From an uncultured Trueperaceae bacterium (GTDB taxonomy: Bacteria > Deinococcota > Deinococci > Deinococcales > Trueperaceae): DNA of 64,000 nt. This document shows, piece after piece, positions 31,903 to 43,109 of this stretch. Within the stretch, counting starts at the first letter, position 1. Each line of letters starts with the position of its first letter. The notes under the pieces were generated by a model, which worked only from the letters and a program-made list of their open reading frames with translations, was not told the origin of the DNA and did no database searches. The stretch lies in contig CAVSGP010000004.1 of assembly GCA_963727505.1 (NCBI GenBank), forward strand, positions 768,001-832,000, written 5' to 3'. The position numbers were made by a program, and so were the translations under genes.

Positions 31903-32984
31903 GCATGCCGCTGCGCCCCATGCGGGGGGGCCGTCGGCATCCTCCGCCAGCGCGCCGCCACCTGGTCCTGGCGCGTGCGCTGCGGTGGTCCACGGCGCTG
32001 GCGCTGGCGGCGGCCGGAACGGCCCTGGCACAGGTCCGCGTACGCGTCGAGATCCCCTACGGCGCCAGCGTGGGGCTGGCCTCCTCCGGCGGTGCCACCG
32101 CCGGCCAGGCTTCCCTGGTGACCGGGCTGCACGTCGACGCCGAGGCGGCGCTCGAACCCTTCCACCTGACGGTCCGGTTGGATCCCTCGATGACCGTCCT
32201 GGACGCGGCGACCATGACGCCGGCAGTGCCGCCCACCGCCCCATGGCCGAGCTGGGAACCGGGCCTCACGGAGGCCTACGCACTGTTGCGCGAGGGCCGG
32301 CTCGACGTCAGTGCCGGCATCGAGCGGCTCCCGCTCGAGACCGCCCGCCTCACCGTTCCCTTCCAGCTCGACCGCAACGCCGCCGATGGACAGCGCCGCG
32401 GCCTGCTGGGTGCGCGCGCCAGCCTCTACCTCGACCCGATGCGCCTGCGGGGTGCGCTCTTCGAACGCGGCGGCTCGCTCGGCGGCGCGTTGAGCGTGCG
32501 GGCGGACCTTACCAGCGCCCAGCTCGAAGCCCACGCCGTGATCCTCGACGGGTTGGCGTTCGGCGCCTCGGCGAGCGGCACGCTGGCCGACACGGTGCTC
32601 TACGGCGAAGCCTGGCTGCTCACCGAGCCGTGGCGTGCGCGGGCCGCGCTGGGCGCCAACGGCTACCTCGGCGACGCGCTGTGGACGGCCGAGGTCGCCT
32701 TCGCGCCGCCGACGGGCCTTCCAGACGCCGCCGCGGTGCCGCAGCTGGCCGCCCAGGTGACCGTTCCCTGGCCCGCCGAAGGCAGCCTTGACGTCTACGC
32801 CGGTGCCGCGCTGATGGACAGCGTCCTCGCGCCGGGCGAGCGCCGCGTCGCCGGGCAGGCGTCGCTCACCTGGGTGACCGGCAACCCCGACGTGCAGCTC
32901 GAGCTCGGCCCCGCGGTACGGTTCGGCGAGCTCGGCGCCCACTACGTGCTGACGCTCCGCCTCACCACCTACACCGCCTTCTGA
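31899..32984 (+). CDS. hypothetical exported beta-rich (probable outer-membrane) protein
   Basis: Signal-like segment, LTEAYA motif, amphipathic beta strands, C-terminal Phe. Start overlaps the ATPase stop. Confidence 0.65.
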   Translation: MSMPLRPMRGGRRHPPPARRHLVLARALRWSTALALAAAGTALAQVRVRVEIPYGASVGLASSGGATAGQASLVTGLHVDAEAALEPFHLTVRLDPSMTVLDAATMTPAVPPTAPWPSWEPGLTEAYALLREGRLDVSAGIERLPLETARLTVPFQLDRNAADGQRRGLLGARASLYLDPMRLRGALFERGGSLGGALSVRADLTSAQLEAHAVILDGLAFGASASGTLADTVLYGEAWLLTEPWRARAALGANGYLGDALWTAEVAFAPPTGLPDAAAVPQLAAQVTVPWPAEGSLDVYAGAALMDSVLAPGERRVAGQASLTWVTGNPDVQLELGPAVRFGELGAHYVLTLRLTTYTAF

Positions 32985-33033
32985 ACGCCATCGTCCGGCC
33001 CACACCACCCGCTGCCCCGCGCCGCGCAACGCC

Positions 33034-33696
33034 TCACAGGAAGGTCGCGATCTCCTCCAGCGGTTTCCTGTCGATCCTCGGAACGCGCGCGCCATCGGCC
33101 GGGTGCCCGACCACCAGCAGCAGGAAGGGGCGCTCGTGCGGCGGTCTCCCCAGTAGCTCGTTCAAGAACCCCATCGGGCTGGGCGTATGCGTAAGGCTCA
33201 CCAACCCTGCCTCGTGCAGGGCGGCCACCAGCAGGCCGGTGGCGATCCCCACCGATTCGCCGGCGTAGTAGTGCATGCGCTTCTCGCCATCCGGCATGAT
33301 GCGGTAGGGCTGCGCGAAGATGCCGATGAGCACGGGCGCGACCTCCAGGAAGGGCTTGGAGGCGTCGGTGCCCAGCGGCGCCAGGGACTCGAGCCACGCC
33401 TCGGGAGCGCGCCGCTGGTAGAACGCCCGCTCCTCCCGCTCGGCCTCCACCCGGATGCGCCCCTTGACGCCGGCATCGGTCACGACCACGAAGTGCCAGG
33501 GTTGCAGGTTGGCGCCGTTGGGCGCGGTGCCAGCCGCGCGTAGGCAGGTCTCGATCACGTCGCGGGGCACCGGCCGGTCGCTGAAGGCGCGTACGCTGCG
33601 CCGCGTGCGCATGCGCTCGTAGAAGACTCGAGCACGGGCCAGGATGTCGTCGTCGGTGCGGGGCACGTACCCCGTCAGGGGCTCGGTGGCGGGCAT
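33034..33696 (-). CDS. nitroreductase-family flavoprotein, iodotyrosine deiodinase-like
   Basis: [30 protein letters not shown]-type lid helix ([10 protein letters not shown]), [12 protein letters not shown] and LTHTPSPM motifs. Confidence 0.85.
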   Translation of the reverse strand: MPATEPLTGYVPRTDDDILARARVFYERMRTRRSVRAFSDRPVPRDVIETCLRAAGTAPNGANLQPWHFVVVTDAGVKGRIRVEAEREERAFYQRRAPEAWLESLAPLGTDASKPFLEVAPVLIGIFAQPYRIMPDGEKRMHYYAGESVGIATGLLVAALHEAGLVSLTHTPSPMGFLNELLGRPPHERPFLLLVVGHPADGARVPRIDRKPLEEIATFL

Positions 33697-33788
33697 GGGA
33701 CCCATTGTGCCCCAGCCGCTGGCCTATTCGCGCCCTCTTGTGGCGACCTCAAGCTCGGCGGGGCGGTGTCTCCCTCGGCGGGCGGGCC

Positions 33789-34739
33789 CTATCGGGCGCG
33801 CGCGATCTCCCGCTCGGCCAGCGCAGTCAGCGCCTCGCGCGCCGGCGAGGGCTCGAAGATCTCCAGCGCGCTCACCGCATGCCCCGCCTCCCGGCGGATG
33901 CGCTCGCGGGTGCGCACGTCGGCGCCGTGCTCGCGCACCAGTGCGACCATGCGCGCCACGTCGTCGCTGCGCGCGGCATGGCGCCGCACGATCTCGCCGG
34001 CCTCGCGCACCTGATGCTCGAGCACGAGCAGCAACACCGGGTAGGTGGCCTTGCCTTCGCGCAGGTCGCCGCCCACCGGCTTTCCGAGCTGCTCGGCGTC
34101 GCCGAGCAGGTCGAGGTAATCGTCCTGCATCTGGAACGCCCGGCCGTAATGCATGCCGTAGCGCACCAGCGCATCGCGTTGCGCCTGCTCCACCTCGCTC
34201 AGGATGGCGACGCCCTCCAGCGCCGAGGCCAATAGGATGGCCGTCTTCCCTTCGATGACGGCGTCGTAGTTGTCGAAGCTGTAGTCCTCCAGGGTCGCGG
34301 TCTGGAACTGCAAGACCTCGCCCTCGCAGATGGCGGCAGCGGTGCGCGACATCAGCCGGGTGAATTCCGCACTGCCGGTCTCAGCCAGCAACCCCAGCAC
34401 GCGGGCGAGCATGAAGTCGCCCGACATCACGCTCACCACATTTCCATAGCGTCGGAAGGCGGCCTGCGCGCCGCGCCGGGTCTGCGCGTCGTCGATGAGG
34501 TCGTCATGCAGCAGCGACGCGGAGTGGAGCAGCTCCACCGCAAGCGCCACCTGGAGGGTGCTCTCGCGGTCGGCGCCCAGCAGCTTGCCGGCCAGGAAGC
34601 TGAGGCTGGGACGCAGCCGCTTGCCGCCCGCCCCGACGAGGTCATCGCCGATCGCTTCGATGAAGGCGACCGAGGAGTGCAGCTGTCCCTGCATGCGCTC
34701 CTCGAACGTCGCGAGATCGTTCCGGATCAGATCGAACAC
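33789..34739 (-). CDS. polyprenyl diphosphate synthase
   Basis: GGKRLRP, LLHDDLID...RRG, KTA and FQMQDDYLD motifs. TATACT lies upstream of GTG 34739. Confidence 0.93.
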   Translation of the reverse strand: MFDLIRNDLATFEERMQGQLHSSVAFIEAIGDDLVGAGGKRLRPSLSFLAGKLLGADRESTLQVALAVELLHSASLLHDDLIDDAQTRRGAQAAFRRYGNVVSVMSGDFMLARVLGLLAETGSAEFTRLMSRTAAAICEGEVLQFQTATLEDYSFDNYDAVIEGKTAILLASALEGVAILSEVEQAQRDALVRYGMHYGRAFQMQDDYLDLLGDAEQLGKPVGGDLREGKATYPVLLLVLEHQVREAGEIVRRHAARSDDVARMVALVREHGADVRTRERIRREAGHAVSALEIFEPSPAREALTALAEREIARAR

Positions 34740-34818
34740 AACGTCGGCCAGTATACGGGCGCGGAGGCTGCAGCCGCAGCGCGTTCCGAGCGAGGGCCTG
34801 GTCGCCCGGCCGGCACGG

Positions 34819-35463
34819 TCAGGAGCTGACACTCTCCTTGGCTGGCGTGCCCTGAAGGTAGTACGCTAAGCGCTTCAGCCCGGCCACGAAATCGACGGGT
34901 TCCACGAACACGCCACTGGGAACGTTGATGACGGTAGGCGCGAAGTTCAGGATGCCGCGGATGCCGGCAGCCACCAACCTCGCGGCCGCCTCCTGGGCGG
35001 CCTGGGCCGGCACGGTCAGGAAGGCGATGTCGATGGCCGACGCGGCCACCCGCTCGTCGATCTCGTCGACCGCATAGACGTCGACGCCGCCGATGTGGCG
35101 CCCCACCTTGGCCGGGTCGCTGTCGAAGGAGGCCTTGAGCAGGAAGTCGTACTGGTCGAAGTTCGGGTAATCCGCCAGGGCCTGACCCAGGCGCCCCATC
35201 CCCATGATGGCGACGTTCCACGGGCGGGTCAGACCCAGGATGCGGCGCAGCTCCCGCCGCAGCGTAGGCACGCTGTAGCCCGCACCCCGCGTACCGAAGC
35301 GGCCGAAGTAGGCCAGGTCCTTGCGCACCTGGAACGCGGACACCTGGGCCTCTTCGGCCAGAGCATCCGACGAGGTGCGCTTGATCTCGGCCTCTTCGAG
35401 GTCGGTGAGGATCCGGAGGTAGGTGACGAGACGGCTGACCGTAGCCGTCGGGATGTTCCGCAT
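34819..35463 (-). CDS. rex: redox-sensing transcriptional repressor Rex
   Basis: IPTATVSRL, QVRKDLAYFGRFGTRGAGY, GMGRLG and ILNFAP motifs. Confidence 0.96.
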   Translation of the reverse strand: MRNIPTATVSRLVTYLRILTDLEEAEIKRTSSDALAEEAQVSAFQVRKDLAYFGRFGTRGAGYSVPTLRRELRRILGLTRPWNVAIMGMGRLGQALADYPNFDQYDFLLKASFDSDPAKVGRHIGGVDVYAVDEIDERVAASAIDIAFLTVPAQAAQEAAARLVAAGIRGILNFAPTVINVPSGVFVEPVDFVAGLKRLAYYLQGTPAKESVSS

Positions 35464-36590
35464 CAGCGCGGGAAGCTGTCGATCCCTGCAGCCTTCAGAT
35501 CGGACTGGACCTGTGGCAACCGGTCCGAGCTGAACGGCCCGATGAGCAGCTTGACGAGCCCGCTCTCGGTCCTCTCGGTGACCTGGTAGCCCATGGAAGC
35601 GAGCTTGTCGCGCTGCGGCTTGGCGCTCTCGGCATTGCCGTAGGCGCCCACCTGCAGGTAGCGCTGGCCGCCGGCCGTGGCGCTCGACGAGGCGGTCGTC
35701 GTGGACGACGCGCTCGACGTGGACGGAGACGAAGACGCGGAGGGCGTGGCGCTGCCTCCCGCCGAGGGGCTGGCGGGTTGCGGCGCGCTGTCCTGGGTGC
35801 CCTTGAACTGGTACACGACCGGATCGACACCGAAGCCACCGCCCTTGATCTTTGCGGCCACCCCGTCGGCTTCCGACTGGGTGCGGTAGGGCCCGACCAG
35901 CACGATCGTCAGGTCACCCTGATCGGCCAGGAACACCGGATAGCCGGCCTTCTTGAAGGCCTGCTCCTGGCGCTGCGCGTAGTCGGCGTGCGAGAACGCG
36001 CCCACGGAGATGCGGTACGGGGCCGCCGCGCCGGGACCGTTGTCGGCCGCCGTCGACGGGCTGGCCGAGGTCGCAGCCGACGAGCTCGCGGGCGGGGCCG
36101 CGCTCGCCGTGGTCGAGGCGCTCGGGGCCGTGCCGGTCGCTGCGCTACTCGACGCGCCGCCGGACGAGGCCGAGCTGCCGTTGTCGCTGGGGGGGAGGAC
36201 GGCCACGCCACCACTGCTGCTGCCCGAGGGAGCCGCAGCCGTGGAACCGGTGGTCGCCGCCGAGCCACTGGCCGGGGTGGTGCCGCTACCGGCCGTGCCG
36301 TTCGTCGAGCCGCCGCTGGTGGCCTGCGTCGACGAACCGGCGGCGCTGGATGAGCCGTTGGTCGAGGACGGAGAGGACGACGTAGAGGGCGACGTCGTGG
36401 AGGGCGAAGCCGCGGGCGGCGCCGAGCTCTGCGTGGTCGCGCTCTGCGCCGGTGGGGCGCTGGTCCGGGTGCTCTGCCCCACGGGGAAGAACGATCCCCC
36501 CGTGATGAGCGTCGCGATGATCCCGGCGATCACCGCGACCAGGGCGATGCCGATCAGCAGGTCGGGCCAGTTACGTCGAAGCCAATCCAT
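35463..36590 (-). CDS. membrane-anchored SPOR-domain protein (two SPOR domains, Ser/Thr-rich linkers)
   Basis: N-terminal TM segment; YRISVGAFS...VLVGPY and YLQVGAY...LLIGPF motifs. Confidence 0.85.
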   Translation of the reverse strand: MDWLRRNWPDLLIGIALVAVIAGIIATLITGGSFFPVGQSTRTSAPPAQSATTQSSAPPAASPSTTSPSTSSSPSSTNGSSSAAGSSTQATSGGSTNGTAGSGTTPASGSAATTGSTAAAPSGSSSGGVAVLPPSDNGSSASSGGASSSAATGTAPSASTTASAAPPASSSAATSASPSTAADNGPGAAAPYRISVGAFSHADYAQRQEQAFKKAGYPVFLADQGDLTIVLVGPYRTQSEADGVAAKIKGGGFGVDPVVYQFKGTQDSAPQPASPSAGGSATPSASSSPSTSSASSTTTASSSATAGGQRYLQVGAYGNAESAKPQRDKLASMGYQVTERTESGLVKLLIGPFSSDRLPQVQSDLKAAGIDSFPR

Positions 36591-36615
36591 GGTTCCATTC
36601 TAGTGCAGCGGTGCA

Positions 36616-38151
36616 TTAGAGGTACTTGGTAATCGCGTCGCAGGCCTGCTGGTAGCCCTGCTGGCACGAACTCTTCCAGGCATCCCGCGCCGCACTCTGG
36701 CGGTCCTGGGAGTACAGTGCCCAACCGAGGTTGTAGTAGCTCTCGCTGTCGTTGGGGTTCTGTTGGACCAACAGCTTGTAGACGGTTTCCGCGTCCTGGA
36801 AGCGCTTCGCCGCCAGGTAGGCGGCGCCCAGGTCGACGCGGGCTTCGACGCTGTTGGGTGCGAGCTGGGTGGCCCGTTCGAAGTACCGGATGGCGCTGTC
36901 GTAGCTCTTCTGCTGGTAATCGGCCAGGCCGGCCCAGAGCTGCGCCTGCGAATCGTCCGCCTTGGCCTGCACCACCTGATCGAGCTGCTTGGCGGCCGCG
37001 GCGTACTGCCCCTTGCGGTACAGGGAGCGCCCTGCGATGAAGCGTGCCTGGATGATCTGATTGGCGTCGCTGAGTTGAGCCAGCGCGGCCTGCGCGTTGG
37101 AGAGCGCCTTGTCCGTCTGCGCGAGCTGGTCGTAGGCCGAGGCGAGTGCAAGGTGGACGTCACCGTTGTCGGTGGCCAGACTGCTGGCCTGTTCGAGCGG
37201 GTCGAGCGCCTTCTGGGTCTGCCCGCCCTCGAGGTAGCTCACGCCCAGGTTGTAGAGCGCCTGCCAGGAGTTCGGGTCGGCTTGTGCGGCCTGCTGGAAC
37301 GACTGAGCGGCGTCGGCATCGCGGCCGAGGCTCTTCTGGAGGGTGCCCAGCTTGACCAGGATGTTCGCCTTCGCGCTGTTGTTGCCCGCCGCGTCGGCCT
37401 TCTTCAGGGCGCGGTTGAGAGCGAACATGGCGTAGTCGACCTGGCCCTGCTTGACGTAGATGTCGGCGATGAGGGCGCTGACGCGGTAGTCGCTGCTACT
37501 CGACTCGAGCTTCGTCAGCTCGGGCAGGGCGTCGAGACCCTTGCCCGCCTGTTCGAGCGCCCGGCCGCGCCTAAGGATCATGTCGGCGTTGCCGGGGTCG
37601 AGCTGCAGCGCCGAGGCGTAGGCGTCGGCGGCACTGGAGTAATCGTTGGTGAGCTCGAGCTGGCCCGCCAATCCCAGGTACGCGTCGATCTTGTCCTTGT
37701 TGGTGGCGACGTTGTCGGCCACCTTGATCGCGGCCTGGAACGCGGCCGCAGCGTCCTTGGGGCGACGCAGCTTGGCCAGCGTCACCGCCCGGTTGAAGTG
37801 CCCGTCGAAGCGCTGCGGGTAGAGGCGGGTCACCTCGCTGAACTCGAACAGCGCGGCCTGGTAGTTGCCGGCCGCGTACTCGGACAGGCCGAGCCCGTAG
37901 TGGGCGTCGCCGTTGCCGTAGTCGATCGAGATGGCCTCGAGGAAGCTGTCCTTGGCGTCGACGTACTGCGACGCCTGATACTGCGCGTTCCCGAGATCGA
38001 CCCATACCGTCGCGTCGTTCGGATTGGCCTGGGCCTTGGCGCGCATTTCGGAGATCGACGGTTGGGCCCACGCCGACGAAAGCACAAGCAACAGGGCGAG
38101 GGACGCCACGACGGCCTTGCCCAAGCCCCGATTGCACGTCATGCTCTTCAT
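36616..38151 (-). CDS. exported tetratricopeptide-repeat protein
   Basis: GGAGG SD, signal peptide, many TPR units (YNLG...Y...A...P). Confidence 0.88.
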   Translation of the reverse strand: MKSMTCNRGLGKAVVASLALLLVLSSAWAQPSISEMRAKAQANPNDATVWVDLGNAQYQASQYVDAKDSFLEAISIDYGNGDAHYGLGLSEYAAGNYQAALFEFSEVTRLYPQRFDGHFNRAVTLAKLRRPKDAAAAFQAAIKVADNVATNKDKIDAYLGLAGQLELTNDYSSAADAYASALQLDPGNADMILRRGRALEQAGKGLDALPELTKLESSSSDYRVSALIADIYVKQGQVDYAMFALNRALKKADAAGNNSAKANILVKLGTLQKSLGRDADAAQSFQQAAQADPNSWQALYNLGVSYLEGGQTQKALDPLEQASSLATDNGDVHLALASAYDQLAQTDKALSNAQAALAQLSDANQIIQARFIAGRSLYRKGQYAAAAKQLDQVVQAKADDSQAQLWAGLADYQQKSYDSAIRYFERATQLAPNSVEARVDLGAAYLAAKRFQDAETVYKLLVQQNPNDSESYYNLGWALYSQDRQSAARDAWKSSCQQGYQQACDAITKYL

Positions 38152-38295
38152 GCCAGCCTCCAGATCGCTGCGCCTACGTATCCCCATAGACTGCGTGCGA
38201 AACGATAATTCCGGTGTCCACTGTAGTATGGTGCGCCGTTCGGGACGTGTGAAATCCCCCACGAGATATGCCCTTCACGGCGGCAAAAACCGCCC

Positions 38296-39387
38296 TCAGG
38301 GACGGGACTCGCGTAGCCGCAACGACACCTGCGAGGGGTCCGCCGCATTCGCGGCAGCGCCCTCGGTGAGGGCAAGTTGCCCGCACGCTCCCCCCGCGTC
38401 GCGTCCACGGCTGAAGCGCACGGACACCGGGATGCGGGAGCGCTCGAGCTCCCCCCGGAAGCGCTCCGTCGCCGCTGCCGTGCTGGCCTTGAAGCCCGAC
38501 CCCGACCAGGGATTGAACGGGATCAGGTTGACGTGCACCTTCAGACCCCGGAGCAGACCAGCGAGCGCACGCGCCCGGCCGACGTCGTCGTTGACGCCGC
38601 TGAGCATGGTGTACTCCACGGTGACCCGCCGCCCGGTAGCCTCCTGGTACGTGCCCACCGCGTCCATGATGTCGGCGATCGGATGCGCATGCGCCGTGGG
38701 GATGATCGTGCGCCGCGTCTCGTCGTCCGGCGCATGCAGGCTCAGGGCCAGCACCAGCGGCAACGCTTCCCCCGCGAGCCGGCGGATGCGGCTCGGCAGC
38801 CCTACGGTCGAGAGCGTGATGCGACGCGGCGAGAGGTCGAGGCCCTCCGGCGCCACCAGCGTGCGCAGGGCGCGCACGGCGTTGTCGTAGTTGAGCAGCG
38901 CTTCCCCCATCCCCATGAGGACCACGTTGCGGATCTCGCGCGGCGCCACCCCTTCGGCTGCCGCGACCACCAGGACCTGCCCGACGAGCTCACCCGCCGT
39001 CAGGTTGCGGCCGAAGCCGAGCGAGCCGGTGGCGCAGAAGGCGCATCCGGCGGGGCACCCCACCATCGAGGAGACACAGACCGTCTTGCGGTCGGCGTAA
39101 GGCATGTACACCGCCTCGGTGCGTTGCCCGTCCGGCAAGCCGAAGAGGTAGCGCACCGAGCCGTCCTTCGAGGGGAAGCGCTTCACCGTGTCGAAAGGCG
39201 AGATGCGGTAGCGCTCCGCCATCGCCGAGCGCAGCCCGGCCGGCAGGTTGGTCATCGCCTCGAACGCCTGCGCACCGTGCCGGTAGAGCCACTCCGCTAG
39301 CTGCTCGGAGCGGTAGGCGGGCTCGCCCTCGGGCAGCGGCAGGTCGGCGGGCGGGGCTTCGTAGAGACTGGGCAGGAGGGCGGACAT
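38296..39387 (-). CDS. rlmN: dual-specificity RNA methyltransferase RlmN
   Basis: CVSSMVGCPAGCAFCATG, MGMGE, SLHAP, VNLIPFNP and ACGQL motifs. Confidence 0.95.
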   Translation of the reverse strand: MSALLPSLYEAPPADLPLPEGEPAYRSEQLAEWLYRHGAQAFEAMTNLPAGLRSAMAERYRISPFDTVKRFPSKDGSVRYLFGLPDGQRTEAVYMPYADRKTVCVSSMVGCPAGCAFCATGSLGFGRNLTAGELVGQVLVVAAAEGVAPREIRNVVLMGMGEALLNYDNAVRALRTLVAPEGLDLSPRRITLSTVGLPSRIRRLAGEALPLVLALSLHAPDDETRRTIIPTAHAHPIADIMDAVGTYQEATGRRVTVEYTMLSGVNDDVGRARALAGLLRGLKVHVNLIPFNPWSGSGFKASTAAATERFRGELERSRIPVSVRFSRGRDAGGACGQLALTEGAAANAADPSQVSLRLRESRP

Positions 39388-39540
39388 CGGCCAACAGGGT
39401 ACCGCGTAGGGGCCGGCCGGGCCCGCGTCGCCGCAACGCTCGCGGCGCGTCCGACGCTCCTGAGAATGCCTTCGGGCTATCATCACCGGAACGACACCCG
39501 ATTCTGACGCCCTCTCGCGCGCATCACGGGGAGACGACGT

Positions 39541-40794
39541 ATGGCTGCACGCAAGCTGAAGACGATCGGCATGGTGCTGGCAGGCGGCAAGGGTACCCGG
39601 CTGCATCCCCTCACGTGGAAACGCACCAAGCCGGCCGTCCCCTTCGGTAGCAAGTACCGTATCATCGACTTCGCGCTGAACAACATGATCAACTCCGGGA
39701 TCTTCGGGATGTACATCCTGACCCAGTTCAAGGCGCAGTCGCTCACCGAGCACATCCAGCGAAACTGGCGCTTCGGCAGTTTCATATCGGACTACTTCAT
39801 CACCCTGGCGCCGGCGCAGATGTACCTCTACGAGGAGCTCGGCGCCGAGTGGTACCGCGGCACGGCCGACGCCATCTACCAGAACCTGCACCTGATCGAC
39901 AACAACGACGCCGATCTGGTGGCGATCTTCAGCGGCGACCACATCTACAAGATGGACATCAGCCACATGATCGAGTACCACCTCGAGCACGAGGCCGACG
40001 TCACCATCGCCGCCTACCCGACCCCGGTCGCCGACGGCCAGCGCTTCGGCGTGCTGCAGATCGACGAGCACTGGCGCATCCAGGAGTTCCAGGAGAAGCC
40101 CAAGAACCCCAACCCCATCCCCGGCCGCCGGACGCACTGCCTGGCCAGCATGGGCAATTACATCTTCTCGGTCGAGAAGCTGGTCGAGTTGCTCAACCGC
40201 GATGCCGCCGACCCCGGCAGCGAGCACGACTTCGGCAAGAACGTGCTGCCCATGGCGCTCGAGGAGGACTACCGGCTGTTCGCCTACGACTTCGCGCGCA
40301 ACCCCATCCCGGGCCAGGATGGGCCCAACACCTACTGGCGCGACGTGGGCACGCTCGACAGCTACTGGGAAGCCAGCATGGACCTGGTCGACATCGAACC
40401 CGAGTTCGACCTCTTCAACGACGAATGGCCGCTCCGGACTTCGGCCGAATTCTCGCCCCCCGCCAAGTTCGTCCACGAGGAGGAGGGACGGACCGGCCGC
40501 GCATTGAATGCTCTCGTCGCCGGCGGCGTCATCCTGTCGGGTTGCACCGTGCGCCACTCGCTGCTCGCGCGCCGCGTACGCGTGCACTCGTACTCCACCG
40601 TCGAGAACTCGGTGCTGTTCGACGACGTCGAGATCGGCGGGGGCTGCGTCATCCGTAACGCCATCATCGACAAGAACGTCACCGTGCCCCCCGCCACGAA
40701 GATCGGGGTCGACATCGAGGAGGATCGCGCGCGCGGGTTCACCGTGACGGACAACGGCATCGTGGCGGTGCCGAAGGGCTACAGCTTCCGGTGA
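39541..40794 (+). CDS. glgC: glucose-1-phosphate adenylyltransferase
   Basis: [37 protein letters not shown] and ASMGNY motifs. Confidence 0.96.
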   Translation: MAARKLKTIGMVLAGGKGTRLHPLTWKRTKPAVPFGSKYRIIDFALNNMINSGIFGMYILTQFKAQSLTEHIQRNWRFGSFISDYFITLAPAQMYLYEELGAEWYRGTADAIYQNLHLIDNNDADLVAIFSGDHIYKMDISHMIEYHLEHEADVTIAAYPTPVADGQRFGVLQIDEHWRIQEFQEKPKNPNPIPGRRTHCLASMGNYIFSVEKLVELLNRDAADPGSEHDFGKNVLPMALEEDYRLFAYDFARNPIPGQDGPNTYWRDVGTLDSYWEASMDLVDIEPEFDLFNDEWPLRTSAEFSPPAKFVHEEEGRTGRALNALVAGGVILSGCTVRHSLLARRVRVHSYSTVENSVLFDDVEIGGGCVIRNAIIDKNVTVPPATKIGVDIEEDRARGFTVTDNGIVAVPKGYSFR

Positions 40795-40988
40795 GCGACG
40801 GTTCGCCGACCGTTTTCCGATCACCGCGTGCGCACCCACCCGGAAGCGGTGGGAGAGGGGCCTGGGACATGGTCCCTTGGCTTACAGCCGGGCTTCGCGC
40901 CGGGGTGCTACCCTTGTTTGACTAGCGCCGCGCACGCCGAGCGTGGCCCTGACCCGTGCGGCGCCGGGGGCGCCCGCTGGAGGACCTG

Positions 40989-42989
40989 TTGAAACGATCG
41001 TTCAATCCCTGGCTGCTCGTGATGCTCATCATCCTGGGCATCTTTGTGTTCAACCAGTTCAACTCGGGCGGCTCGAGCCGCGAGATCAACTACTCGACCT
41101 TCACCAACCTCGTCGATCAGGGCAAGGTGGCTTCGGTGACGGTCGACCGCACCAACGGCAACATCGACGGGGACCTCAAGAGCGCCTCGCAGGTGACCAT
41201 CAAGGGCCAGCCGGAAACGATCCAGTCGTTCCACACCACGGCCATCATCACCGACTCGTTGCTGGGCACGTTGCAGAAGAACGTCTCCAGCGTGACCATC
41301 CGCAACCCGCCGCAATGGATCGGCTTCGTCGTCGGCTCCATCCTACCCATCGCCCTGCTACTCGGCTTCTTCTGGTTCGTGTTCATGCGTGCCCAGGGCG
41401 GGCCGAACCAGGTGATGCAGTTCGGGCAGTCGAAGGCCAAGCTCTACGGTCGCGAGAACAAGGTGCAGACCACCTTCACCGACGTCGCCGGCCACAAGGA
41501 GGCGAAGCAGGAGCTGATGGAGGTGGTGGACTTCCTGAAGAGTCCGCAGAAGTACCTCCGCATCGGCGCCGAGATCCCCAAGGGGGTCCTGCTGGTCGGT
41601 CCTCCCGGCACCGGCAAGACGTTGCTGGCGCGCGCGGTGGCTGGTGAGGCGGGCGTGCCGTTCCTCACGGTCAGCGCTTCGGAGTTCATGGAGATGTTCG
41701 TGGGCGTCGGCGCCAGCCGCGTGCGCAACCTCTTCGAGGAGGCCCGCAAGGCCGCGCCCGCCATCATCTTCATCGACGAGCTCGACTCCATCGGTCGACG
41801 TCGCGGCGCCGGCATCGGCGGCGGGCACGACGAGCGCGAGCAGACCCTGAACCAGATCCTGTCGGAGATGGACGGCTTCGAGAAGGACACGTCGGTCATC
41901 GTGGTGGCGGCCACCAACCGCCCCGACATCCTCGACCCGGCGCTCTTGCGCCCGGGCCGCTTCGACCGCCAGGTCACCATCGGGCTGCCCACGCAGAGCG
42001 AGCGCGAGGAGATCCTCAAGGTCCACATCCGCAACAAACCGGTAGCGGAGGACGTCAACTTGAAGCGCCTGTCGGAGGCCACCCCGATGTTCTCGGGCGC
42101 CGATCTGGAGAACCTCACCAACGAGGCCGCCCTCATCGCGGCGCGTACCAGCAAGCAGATCATCAGCTGGTCGGACTTCAACGAGGCGCTCGACCGCATC
42201 ACGCTCGGGCTCCGGCGCGGGAGTCTCGTACCTACCGAGGAGGAGCGGCGCATCCTGGCCTTCCACGAGGCGGGCCACGCCGTGGCCTACGCGGCGGAGC
42301 CCGACCTGGGCAACATCCGCAAGGTCACGATCATGCCGCGCGGCGGCGCCGGCGGCTTCATGGCGCCCCTGTCCAAGGAAGAGATGTTCTACAACGTCGA
42401 CCGCTTCCGCAGCCAGTTGGTGGTGGCGTTCGGCGGGCGCGTCTCCGAGAAGCGCGTGACAGGGACCATCTCCTCGGGGGCGAGCAACGACCTGAAGCAG
42501 GCCACCGAACTCGCCAAGCAGATGGTGCTCGACATGGGCATGGGCAAGGAGGAGTACGTGGCGTGGGGCTCCGACCAGGGTCCCGTGTTCCTGGGCGGCG
42601 AGATCTCCCGCCGCAAGGACTTCTCCGAGGAGACCGCGCGTGAGCTCGAGGAGGAGGTCACCAGCATCCTCGAGTCGACGTACCGCGCCTGCGAGAAGGT
42701 GATCGACGACAACTGGGCCGCCGTCCAGGCCGTCGCGAACGCCCTGCTCAAGCGCGAGACGATCGACGGCAAGCTGATCCACGGCGCCTACGAGAAGGCC
42801 CGGGCTGGCGTGCCGCACGAGGAGATCACCGACTGGATCGTCGGCGAGGCAGACGAGGTCGAGCGCCGCTTGCAGGAGCAGGAGGAGCGGCAGCGCCGGG
42901 CCGACGAGGAGCGGCGGCACAGCGCCAGCGACCACGGCCGCACGCCTCCCCCGATCGAGCCGCGGCCTGCCTCCGAGACCGGGAGCTGA
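40989..42989 (+). CDS. ftsH: ATP-dependent zinc metalloprotease FtsH
   Basis: Two TM segments, GPPGTGKT, second region of homology, HEAGH. TTG start after GGAGG. Confidence 0.96.
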   Translation: MKRSFNPWLLVMLIILGIFVFNQFNSGGSSREINYSTFTNLVDQGKVASVTVDRTNGNIDGDLKSASQVTIKGQPETIQSFHTTAIITDSLLGTLQKNVSSVTIRNPPQWIGFVVGSILPIALLLGFFWFVFMRAQGGPNQVMQFGQSKAKLYGRENKVQTTFTDVAGHKEAKQELMEVVDFLKSPQKYLRIGAEIPKGVLLVGPPGTGKTLLARAVAGEAGVPFLTVSASEFMEMFVGVGASRVRNLFEEARKAAPAIIFIDELDSIGRRRGAGIGGGHDEREQTLNQILSEMDGFEKDTSVIVVAATNRPDILDPALLRPGRFDRQVTIGLPTQSEREEILKVHIRNKPVAEDVNLKRLSEATPMFSGADLENLTNEAALIAARTSKQIISWSDFNEALDRITLGLRRGSLVPTEEERRILAFHEAGHAVAYAAEPDLGNIRKVTIMPRGGAGGFMAPLSKEEMFYNVDRFRSQLVVAFGGRVSEKRVTGTISSGASNDLKQATELAKQMVLDMGMGKEEYVAWGSDQGPVFLGGEISRRKDFSEETARELEEEVTSILESTYRACEKVIDDNWAAVQAVANALLKRETIDGKLIHGAYEKARAGVPHEEITDWIVGEADEVERRLQEQEERQRRADEERRHSASDHGRTPPPIEPRPASETGS

Positions 42990-43020
42990 CGGCCGCCGCC
43001 AAGCCCGACAACGTCCGCCC

Positions 43021-43056
43021 GGCGGGCGCCTCCACCAGAAGGCGCCCGCCTTCCTC
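43021..43056 (+). terminator. hairpin after ftsH
   Basis: Perfect 10-bp inverted repeat GGCGGGCGCC/GGCGCCCGCC with a weak U tract. Confidence 0.55.
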
Positions 43057-43109
43057 ATGCAACGCGGGGTATCATTGCCCGCGGGCCGAGCCCGGGGAGC
43101 GCTGAAGTC

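Noticed and set aside
39388..40839. N-terminal extension making RlmN 847 aa
   Set aside because: It is antisense to glgC; a TACCCT -10 supports ATG 39387.
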